This document shows, one piece after another, positions 17,213-24,533 of a DNA stretch of 24,534 nucleotides (position 1 is its first letter; every line of letters begins with the position of its first letter). Made by a program: the position numbers and the translations under genes. The notes under the pieces are model-generated. The model did no database searches. It had not been told where the DNA came from and worked only from the letters and a program-made list of their open reading frames with translations. This DNA comes from Candidatus Bathyarchaeia archaeon (GTDB taxonomy: Archaea; Thermoproteota; Bathyarchaeia; Bathyarchaeales; Bathycorpusculaceae): NCBI GenBank assembly GCA_038883795.1, contig JAVZLK010000024.1, forward strand, positions 1 to 24,534. Reading direction: 5' to 3'.

Positions 17213-17947
17213 TTATAGAAAGTGGCAACATTTCTCTTGGCACGAATTCTTTTCAAAAGCTTTTTCTCTGCAAATGACAAGTATGCTGAAAAAAGTGAAC
17301 ATTAATAACGTGAATAAAGGAAACTCCGGAATTGTATAATAGCCATCATCTTTAGTGCTTTGAATTTCTTTTCCGATAGAGTTTAAGAGGTATGTTAAAG
17401 AGTTATTGATTTGAAAGGTGCAAGAAAAAATTTCGCCTTCCTTTGGAAGGAGGGTAACATTGAACTCGACTATTGCCAATTTTCCAGTACCATTAAAAGT
17501 TTGGCTGGGTTGCGGAAAAACTCCAACATTACTTGAAACGCTAATTCTGCCTACAAAAGGGTCTGCGTGACTGTAACTTGTGATGTAGTAGCCGCCACTT
17601 GGATGGGGCGAGTCAGTTGGGCCTGCAATGGTGGTTTTTCCGTAGAAGACGTATTGGTTGTCCCATGTGGGCTCAAACCAGCGAGTAGCATTTATTATGC
17701 TATCGTTAAAGTACATGGTCACTTGCCAAGCAGCAAGGTCAGTAACGTTTTCAACCCAAAACGTAATATTAAATAAATATCCCGGGGGAGTGGATTCTAT
17801 ATGCAATGCAACCTCTTTAGGGTCTAGGTATATCTTCGTCTCCGACAATTGCATTGACTGGAAAGCAAAACAATTGCATAAGTATAAGGCAAATAAATTT
17901 AGTAATAAAAAACAAAGAGTCGTATGCATTTCTTTGTTTTTCAACAT
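17213..17947 (-). CDS. single-cohesin protein with PEF-CTERM anchor
   Basis: Signal peptide; cohesin paralogous to the first domain of 15030..17063; DGYYTIPEFP-TM-basic tail; GGGTGA SD. Confidence 0.85.
   Translation of the reverse strand: MLKNKEMHTTLCFLLLNLFALYLCNCFAFQSMQLSETKIYLDPKEVALHIESTPPGYLFNITFWVENVTDLAAWQVTMYFNDSIINATRWFEPTWDNQYVFYGKTTIAGPTDSPHPSGGYYITSYSHADPFVGRISVSSNVGVFPQPSQTFNGTGKLAIVEFNVTLLPKEGEIFSCTFQINNSLTYLLNSIGKEIQSTKDDGYYTIPEFPLFTLLMFTFFSILVICREKAFEKNSCQEKCCHFL
17628..17707. repeat. dispersed repeat copy B: 80 bp identical to 16744-16823
   Basis: Exact match ATGGTGGTTTTTCCGTAG...TTATGCTATCGTT. Confidence 0.95.
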
Positions 17948-18052
17948 TTCACCCAGTTTATTAAGTTTAGTTTATATATTATATTACTTTTCGTAAGCGA
18001 AGTCTATAATTCGTACGTCAAAGATGCGGTAAAAAAAAGGAGATTATTTTTA

Positions 18053-18790
18053 CTAACATCGTATGGGTTGCAGCTTTCCAAGTTTCTTTTTGACGAAAAA
18101 CGCTAGAGACGCTAACCCCGTGAGAATTGGCAATAGTAATATGACTTGAAACTCCGGTATGCTGTAATAGCCATCTTCTATAACTACGTTCTCCATTTCA
18201 TTACCCTCAGAGTTTAGTAGATAGGTATCAGTATGATTTATACGCAGAACATCGGAGTACGTCACACCCTCCGGAGGAACTGCAGTTATATTACACTCAA
18301 TTATGAACAGCTTTCCTGTGCCGCTGAATCCTTGTCCTGGTGACGGAGGCGGAAATCTGGCTGTTCCCACTTTGATTTGGCCGTAACCGGGCCAATTAGG
18401 ATTCCATTGTGGTATATGCCAGAAATTAGTGAGGTAATAACCACCGCCCGGGTATGGTTCATCGGAAGGTGTGGCCATTGTAACGTTTCCATAGAAGACG
18501 TATTGACTGTCCCATGTAGGCTCAAACCAGCGGGTAAAATTGATAATAGTATCATTGAAGATTATACCCACTTGCCAAGCAGCAAGATCAATAACATCCT
18601 CCACCCAACATGTTATGTTAAACAGTGTTCCAACAGTGGTTGGAGGAACATGATAGATATTTTCGCTGGGTTCTAAGTAAATTCTTGTAGTTGTATCTTG
18701 AGCATGTGCTATCGGTAAGTTTAAAGCTATGAAACATATCGCCATTATGAAAGGCAACGTTTTCGAAAGGTGTCCCTTTTTCTTTTTCAA
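18053..18790 (-). CDS. single-cohesin protein with PEF-CTERM anchor
   Basis: Signal peptide (..AHA|QD); same cohesin subfamily (DLAAWQV, RWFEPTWD.QYVFYG); DGYYSIPEF-TM-KKK tail. Confidence 0.85.
   Translation of the reverse strand: MKKKKGHLSKTLPFIMAICFIALNLPIAHAQDTTTRIYLEPSENIYHVPPTTVGTLFNITCWVEDVIDLAAWQVGIIFNDTIINFTRWFEPTWDSQYVFYGNVTMATPSDEPYPGGGYYLTNFWHIPQWNPNWPGYGQIKVGTARFPPPSPGQGFSGTGKLFIIECNITAVPPEGVTYSDVLRINHTDTYLLNSEGNEMENVVIEDGYYSIPEFQVILLLPILTGLASLAFFVKKKLGKLQPIRC
18312..18348. repeat. dispersed repeat copy C: 37 bp identical to 16597-16633
   Basis: Exact match TTTCCTGTGCCGCTGAATCCTTGTCCTGGTGACGGAG. Confidence 0.9.
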
Positions 18791-18871
18791 TATTCATCCC
18801 CTCTTTTTGCCATATTATCACATACTAAAGTTATAAGTTTTTGCTAAGCGAAATTATAAAAAGAAGGGGCT

Positions 18872-19032
18872 TTAGCGGCATTCCTTATCCTCGGTAAACC
18901 CATGTACCTTTTGGAGCGATGTCAATTATTGCCACGCCTTGCCACAGAGTTTTAAGGTCCCATCCATGAATGTGATGTCTTCAATTCTGTTTTCTGGAAA
19001 AACAGTCTAGTTGCTGCTTTAGTTGTGTGTTT
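18872..19032 (-). pseudogene. decayed relic of a CARDB(-dockerin) gene paralogous to 19047..21260
   Basis: Frameshifted translation KHTTKAATRLFF/ENRIEDITFMDGTLKL/GVAIIDIAPKGTWVYRG* aligns with NYTIKAEAMPVPYEFNTTDNEYVDGMVWV and DVAITNVIPSRNWVYRG; ends KECR* like KGCP*. Confidence 0.6.
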
Positions 19033-19045
19033 AAAAAGGGGAAAA
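19033..19045 (-). terminator. oligo-T terminator candidate after 19047..21260
   Basis: Minus strand TTTTCCCCTTTTT immediately after the stop. Confidence 0.5.
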
Positions 19046-19046
19046 T

Positions 19047-21260
19047 TTAGGGACAGCCTTTGTTAAAGTTTATTGCTACGGTGTAAACGTCTTTTATGTC
19101 AATTAGGTTATCTTGGTTGAAGTCGGCTTCTGGATTCCATCTTGGATGGCCAGGATAAGAAGCGAAGGCTAATGAAACTGCGTAAATGTCTTTCATGTCA
19201 ACGTAGCCGTCGCCGTTTACGTCCCCCATGTATCTTATCTTAACTTTTCCATCTACGTAAATGTTGTCTTCGGTGCTAAGTTCGTATGGAACTATGGAGG
19301 CTTCACCTTTTATGGTGTAGTTGTGGCATGGTTCTACGAGATTTGTGTTCCAGGTGAAGGTGATATTTACTATTTCGTTAGGAGCTAAATCTATAACGGT
19401 ATAGATTCCAATTAAATTATTGTCGTAGTAGGCTTTTACGTCAAAGGTTTCGCTAACATTACCCTTATTCAAAGCCGTAACAGTAACATTGACAAGCCAG
19501 CCTTGATAAGCCCAGTTCGATGATGGAATAACATTTATTATCGCCACATCATGAATTATTGCTATTACCCATACCATGCCATCGACATATTCATTATCTG
19601 TTGTGTTAAATTCATATGGAACTGGCATGGCTTCTGCTTTTATGGTGTAGTTGCCTTCTTCTACGCCTGTGGTGTCCCAAGTGAAGATTAAATCTGCAGT
19701 CTCGCCGGGTGGAAGGTTGTAAACAGTTATCGTTCCGACTAAGCTTGTGTTGTAGTAGGCTTTTACGTCAAAGGTTTCGCTAACATTACCCTTATTCAAA
19801 GCCGTAACAGTAACATTGATGGGTTGGCCTCGATATACCCAGTTTCTGGAAGGAATTACATTTGTTATGGCAACATCTCTTATAAGTGCGCTGAAGTAGC
19901 CATCTTGTTCATCGTGTGGAATTGGTTCGCCAGTAGAATTTGTGAATATTGTATCGTGTAAATCTAAAATGGAGCTGCCTAATAATTCCACATGGAAAGT
20001 TAACTTAACTAGGGCTGTAGGCGACGCCACAGTTACTGGAGTTTTGTAGGTGAGGTTCATCCATATAAAACCTGCTTCTTCATCGCCAACCATCGTGTAG
20101 ATTGGATACTCGTCAAATACTTTGAAGAAGTTTAAGCCAATTAACCCTATTACGTTAGTTTCGTAGGTTAAATTATATGTGCACACTTGAAGGTTTTCAA
20201 CATCATCTATTGTTATATTTATAGAGAATGTTGATGAAGGACGCATAGTTGGATCCACTATTTCTGGAGGATCTACAAAAATTCTTGCTCTTTCCGTCAC
20301 TTTTGGACTTATTCGAACCATGCCATCTGAGAGCGAATTATCCCCAAGATTTGTTTCTTCTGGAACAGGGACTGCTTCAGCGCTTATCACAAAGAATCCA
20401 ATTATGCCCGTAGTATCCCACATAAAGTCTAGCGTGGTTGTGGCACCGGGGCCTAGGTTTGAGGCTTGTTGGGTTCCTATTATATTAGTATCATATTTTG
20501 CTTTGACATCGAAAGTTTCTGGAACGTTTCCTTTGTTTTTCACGGTAACCGATATTGTTAAGATTTCGCCCTCAACTGCTGAGGTTTTGGATGGAGTAAC
20601 AGCTATAACTGCTACGTCATGAACTGGTGGGGGTGGCGCCATCAATCCGCTTATCTCATAATAGCCATTCTCTTTTGTGGCTGCAATTTCGCCTCCAATA
20701 GAATTTAGTAAGTACGTATTTGGATTGTCTATGCCAAGAACGCAGGAAAGTCTTCCATCTTCTGGTGGAAGGGCTGTTATATTGAATTCTATTATTGCTA
20801 GTTTTCCTGTGCCGCTGAATCCTTGTCCTGGTAATGGGGGCGGAAATCTGTTTGTTCCTACTGTGATTTTGCCTTCGTTGGGGGGTGTGTGGAAGTAGGT
20901 TGTGAGATAGTAGCCTCCGTCTGGGTGGGGCTGGTCTGAGGGAACTGCCATGGTGGTTTTTCCGTAGAAGACGTATTGGTTGTCCCATGTGGGCTCAAAC
21001 CAGCGAGTAGCATTTATTATCGCGTCGCTGTAGTTTATTTGAACCTGCCAAGCAGCAAGATCAGTAACGTCTTGGACCCAAAGGGTAATGTTAAATCGTG
21101 TGCCTATTGTCCCGTTAGAAGTGTCATATATGATTCTTGAAGGGACTAGGTATATTTTTGTTGTTGGTTCTTCAGCATCAGATCTGAATATTAAAATGGA
21201 GCTTAACGAGATTATGGTTATTGTTGAAAGTGTTAAAAGTTTGTTAAGTTTCACTCTCAT
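19047..21260 (-). CDS. secreted adaptor-scaffoldin-like protein: cohesin-CARDB-cohesin-CARDB-CARDB-dockerin
   Basis: Signal peptide; two cohesin-like domains; three (H/R)DVA...VT..NKGN..ETFDVKA.Y...W.T CARDB domains; C-terminal GDVNGDGYVDMKD...WNPEADFNQDNLIDIKD dockerin; no C-terminal TM anchor. Confidence 0.9.
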   Translation of the reverse strand: MRVKLNKLLTLSTITIISLSSILIFRSDAEEPTTKIYLVPSRIIYDTSNGTIGTRFNITLWVQDVTDLAAWQVQINYSDAIINATRWFEPTWDNQYVFYGKTTMAVPSDQPHPDGGYYLTTYFHTPPNEGKITVGTNRFPPPLPGQGFSGTGKLAIIEFNITALPPEDGRLSCVLGIDNPNTYLLNSIGGEIAATKENGYYEISGLMAPPPPVHDVAVIAVTPSKTSAVEGEILTISVTVKNKGNVPETFDVKAKYDTNIIGTQQASNLGPGATTTLDFMWDTTGIIGFFVISAEAVPVPEETNLGDNSLSDGMVRISPKVTERARIFVDPPEIVDPTMRPSSTFSINITIDDVENLQVCTYNLTYETNVIGLIGLNFFKVFDEYPIYTMVGDEEAGFIWMNLTYKTPVTVASPTALVKLTFHVELLGSSILDLHDTIFTNSTGEPIPHDEQDGYFSALIRDVAITNVIPSRNWVYRGQPINVTVTALNKGNVSETFDVKAYYNTSLVGTITVYNLPPGETADLIFTWDTTGVEEGNYTIKAEAMPVPYEFNTTDNEYVDGMVWVIAIIHDVAIINVIPSSNWAYQGWLVNVTVTALNKGNVSETFDVKAYYDNNLIGIYTVIDLAPNEIVNITFTWNTNLVEPCHNYTIKGEASIVPYELSTEDNIYVDGKVKIRYMGDVNGDGYVDMKDIYAVSLAFASYPGHPRWNPEADFNQDNLIDIKDVYTVAINFNKGCP
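19425..19819. repeat. 68-bp perfect intragenic direct repeat (19425-19492 and 19752-19819) in adjacent CARDB domains
   Basis: Exact match at offset 327, encoding NVTVTALNKGNVSETFDVKAYY. Confidence 0.95.
20793..21068. repeat. dispersed repeat copy D (cohesin-coding core), partner of 16587-16862
   Basis: Same hand alignment as copy A: 16 mismatches in 276 bp. Confidence 0.95.
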
Positions 21261-21384
21261 TGGAAACCTTCTCCCTTTTTAATTACATTTAAACATTTTA
21301 CTTGGAAGGTCTTAAAGATTGTGGAATAAACTTCTATTGTACAAGTAGTAGAGAACAAAGAAACGATGTTGATCTTAGTTTTAA

Positions 21385-22407
21385 TCAGTAGATTCCCCAA
21401 TTACCATATCTTAAAACAACCGCATATATATCTTTCATGTCGATGATATCATCTTTAATTATATCAGCGGCTGGATTCCATTTTGGATGACCCGGATAGG
21501 ACATGTAAGCCAGAACAACTGCATATAAATCTCGCATATCAACAAAACCGTCAGGTATTCCGGCTGGTCCTGTTATGTCGCCAACGAGTATTGTTTGAAA
21601 GGTTGTTTGATTGGTTATCAAATATGTTTGCTGGTAAAATGAAATTGCATAAACAGTATAGTTTCCCAGTATACCTCCTTTGGAGTTAGTTTTTATGGAC
21701 GCGTTAAAATCCACTAACGTTAACGTTGAAAATTGAACTTCTGTTGAAGTGGTCAAAGCTGTGCTTCCGCTTGATGTAATTGTAAAAGTAGAGAATTTCT
21801 CCGGACACCACGCGAATCCATTATTGTGGGGAAGATTGCTTAAAGCGCTTACATACATCGCTGTGATTCCAGTGACAGCGTTACTTGGTATCAATATTCC
21901 TTTAATAAGGGATATTCTAGCATTTCCCTCAAGGTCTGTTTCATGAAATATGAATGTTTGGAAGGGAAGACCATTCGAATACTTTAAGCTTATTACCACA
22001 ACTACATGTTGCGCAGATACACCGTTGTTCTTTAAAGTTATATTAAAGTACATGGGATATCCGCAACGGAATACTGACTTGGGAGTCCCGCCGCTGTCGC
22101 ATGTAAAAGCTGTCAGTAGCTCTATAACCCATGGACCGTTTGGGGTTGACCCTGTGTTCAATGTTCTTAATAGGATTATGGTGTCATGCGGATCTTTTAT
22201 CTCTAGTGTTACTAACCCATCCGAAATTGGTGAACCGTCTATCAAAAGTCTTCCACCTATAACTATTTCTTCTCCAAGATCGTAGGATTCTTTTTCCTTT
22301 AGAAGTATAAGATTTAAAGTAGATGCAGAAGTAATTTGTGAAGAGGTAAGAGTAAGAAGTAGTATAACTGCACTAATTAATGAGAATACTGAAGCTTTTT
22401 TGTGCAT
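21385..22407 (-). CDS. secreted beta-sandwich protein with C-terminal dockerin
   Basis: Signal peptide; Ig-like segments; GDITGPAGIPDGFVDMRD...WNPAADIIKDDIIDMKD duplicated Ca-binding loops. Confidence 0.88.
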   Translation of the reverse strand: MHKKASVFSLISAVILLLTLTSSQITSASTLNLILLKEKESYDLGEEIVIGGRLLIDGSPISDGLVTLEIKDPHDTIILLRTLNTGSTPNGPWVIELLTAFTCDSGGTPKSVFRCGYPMYFNITLKNNGVSAQHVVVVISLKYSNGLPFQTFIFHETDLEGNARISLIKGILIPSNAVTGITAMYVSALSNLPHNNGFAWCPEKFSTFTITSSGSTALTTSTEVQFSTLTLVDFNASIKTNSKGGILGNYTVYAISFYQQTYLITNQTTFQTILVGDITGPAGIPDGFVDMRDLYAVVLAYMSYPGHPKWNPAADIIKDDIIDMKDIYAVVLRYGNWGIY

Positions 22408-22492
22408 TGATATTCCTTCAATACTATATTTTCTAATCTATCCCTCTTAAATTTTCTGGAATTATATTCTATTTAAACTCATGTAAAGAGTT

Positions 22493-23524
22493 TTATGGGT
22501 TCCATGTTTTAGAGTAGTTCAAAACCGCTTGGTATAAATCCTTCATATCAACTGTGCCGTCACGGTTTATGTCCGCTAATGGGTTCCATCTGGGGTTTTC
22601 TGGAGTGGAGGCATACGCTAATACTATTGTATATATATCTTTCATGTCAACATATCTATCTCCATTTATATCTCCAATTATTGTGGGTAGAATTTTAACT
22701 ACTTTTGAACTGTGGTTATACTTGAAGGAAATAAAATTATGGGTTTCATTTAAATGTATTAGGTGATATACTGGTACATCGTTTATTATGGTAGCGAATA
22801 TTCCGTTTTGCAACTGTTGATGTATCACGACGCTTGTAAAACCTTCTGTTCCTAATGAAGCTGTGACATTAAACTTTATTATTTTAGAGGTTTCGTTATA
22901 TTCAAAAGATGTCACTGTTGAATTACTAAAAATAATTACTGAGTAGCCTATTCCATTTTGTGTAGCTATAAATACGTTTTCTTGGAAGCCTTGGGCTATT
23001 ATTTCTATTGTTCCGTCGATTGCTTGAAATGGTAGAAAGTTGTTGTTCGAATCTTGAAGGTACGTCCCAGTCCATTTCATTTCATCAACGATGCTTAAGC
23101 ATGTTATGCCAGGGATTTTTGATGTGAAATTAATTTGGCAGAGGGTTCCGGAACCATTTACTTGAGAGGTTCCATCTATTGAACAGAAGGCGCTTATTTT
23201 CCCCTTTGTATTGTCTATTTTTGGTGTTGGAAAAATTATTTGATATCCTAAGATGTTGTCGGATGGAACGCTAATTGAGGTGCAATTTAGAAATGATGGG
23301 TCATAGGAAAGACTAAGTTGCCAATGATGAAGATTTGTTACGTTTATTATTGTTAAGTTGATTGTGAACACTTGTTGTAATGGAGTGTATGTGGTTGATG
23401 GATTTGTATAGATAATAGCGTTTTCGGAGGCTGTTACGGGGAAGAGTAAGGGGGTGACTGTTGTTAATAAAGTAATTAACATAGAAGTATAGATGATTCT
23501 TTTTTTAAGAATGATCGTTAACAT
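22493..23524 (-). CDS. secreted cohesin + spacer domain + dockerin protein
   Basis: Signal peptide; FTINLTIINVTNLHHWQLSLSYDPSFL...NGSGTLCQINF cohesin; GDINGDRYVDMKD...WNPLADINRDGTVDMKD dockerin; AGGAGA SD. Confidence 0.9.
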   Translation of the reverse strand: MLTIILKKRIIYTSMLITLLTTVTPLLFPVTASENAIIYTNPSTTYTPLQQVFTINLTIINVTNLHHWQLSLSYDPSFLNCTSISVPSDNILGYQIIFPTPKIDNTKGKISAFCSIDGTSQVNGSGTLCQINFTSKIPGITCLSIVDEMKWTGTYLQDSNNNFLPFQAIDGTIEIIAQGFQENVFIATQNGIGYSVIIFSNSTVTSFEYNETSKIIKFNVTASLGTEGFTSVVIHQQLQNGIFATIINDVPVYHLIHLNETHNFISFKYNHSSKVVKILPTIIGDINGDRYVDMKDIYTIVLAYASTPENPRWNPLADINRDGTVDMKDLYQAVLNYSKTWNP

Positions 23525-23608
23525 AAACTATTTCTCCTTTAATAGATAGAAAGTGGTTAAGGGTCTTAATAAGTTTACTTTTAGGTTTGGAAATATTTAT
23601 TAGAAACT

Positions 23609-23620
23609 AAAAAGGGGGGG
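23609..23620 (-). terminator. C7-T5 terminator candidate after the last gene
   Basis: Minus strand CCCCCCCTTTTT about 22 nt after the stop at 23643. Confidence 0.5.
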
Positions 23621-23642
23621 TGAGGTTTGGGTTTTTATGGGT

Positions 23643-24533
23643 TTAGAAGGGTTCTATGAATATTTCTGGTAGTTCAGCGCCTATTGGCCAGCCTGTACCG
23701 TATGTTGGACACCATGCTGTTCCGCCTTTTGTTGGGTCTTTGTCGAAGCAGTTGACGTAGATTTTAGCGTAGCCTGTGAATGCGTATTTGGGTATGCATA
23801 GTGTTAGTCTTATGACGAATGGGTTGAATGAGCAGAATTGGGCGCCTCCGACATCTGTGGCTAGCATGGCTATTGCCACTGGTACTCCGAGTTCATCGAC
23901 TAGGGTTGCAACGAAGAGGGCTGGATAGAATTGTTGGGCGTGGGTTCCGCACTCTATTGCAACCGTGATGGTTTCGCCGTGGTGGTAGGAGTATTTGTCC
24001 GTTGTGACCTTGAACATTTCAACCAAGTAGTCGTAGTGGAAGAGCATCGTGTCTACGATGACTACACATGCCACGTCCACCGTTGCCGTTATTCGCCATA
24101 CTCCAAAGAGGGATTCTGGATCTTCGCATGGCCAGGGCATTCTGAAGGATACTCTGGCTACTCCGTTTTCGTCTGTTCTGGCAGTTAGCTTAGCCCATAT
24201 TTGGCCTTGGGTGTCTGGGTTCTTAACTGTTACTTGCCATGAGGTCCCAGTCCATACCACGGCTTCAACGTGGTATGTTGCGGATTCAAGGGTGCCTAGG
24301 TGTTCTAGGACTATGTCGTCGCAGTAGCTGAGGTCTCCGCTTTGGTCGTTGTCAATCCAGTCTATTATGTGGTATGGTACGCACTGCTTTGGCCATACTT
24401 CGTGCCATGTGTGTTCAATTATGCCAGCGCCCTCTGGGTCGACGGGAGCTGAAAGATCCATTTTCAATGTCATTTCCCATTGGCGGTTGACTGGTAACCA
24501 GTCTAGGCTAACCACGATCCACCAGCCGACGTC
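23643..24533 (-). CDS. C-terminal part of a larger, probably secreted surface protein (5' truncated by the window)
   Basis: Frame stays open to the window edge (..DVGWWIVVSLDW..). Contains a DNDQSGDLS Ca-loop-like motif, RTDENGVA and a terminal GGTAWCP domain shared with 21385..22407. Confidence 0.8.
   Translation of the reverse strand, partial: DVGWWIVVSLDWLPVNRQWEMTLKMDLSAPVDPEGAGIIEHTWHEVWPKQCVPYHIIDWIDNDQSGDLSYCDDIVLEHLGTLESATYHVEAVVWTGTSWQVTVKNPDTQGQIWAKLTARTDENGVARVSFRMPWPCEDPESLFGVWRITATVDVACVVIVDTMLFHYDYLVEMFKVTTDKYSYHHGETITVAIECGTHAQQFYPALFVATLVDELGVPVAIAMLATDVGGAQFCSFNPFVIRLTLCIPKYAFTGYAKIYVNCFDKDPTKGGTAWCPTYGTGWPIGAELPEIFIEPF

Noticed and set aside
16576-20988. Repeated alternative-frame ORFs (MGQPIRLLRKNHHG... 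at 16576..16782 and 20656..20988)
   Set aside because: A by-product of the duplicated cohesin DNA read in another frame; no independent coding evidence.
16587-21068. Possible diversity-generating retroelement template/variable repeat pair
   Set aside because: Mismatches are clustered and not adenine-specific, all copies lie inside intact genes, and no reverse transcriptase is present in the window.
15030-23524. Calling the locus a true cellulosome
   Set aside because: No glycoside hydrolase or CBM3 module is recognisable; only the assembly logic is shared.
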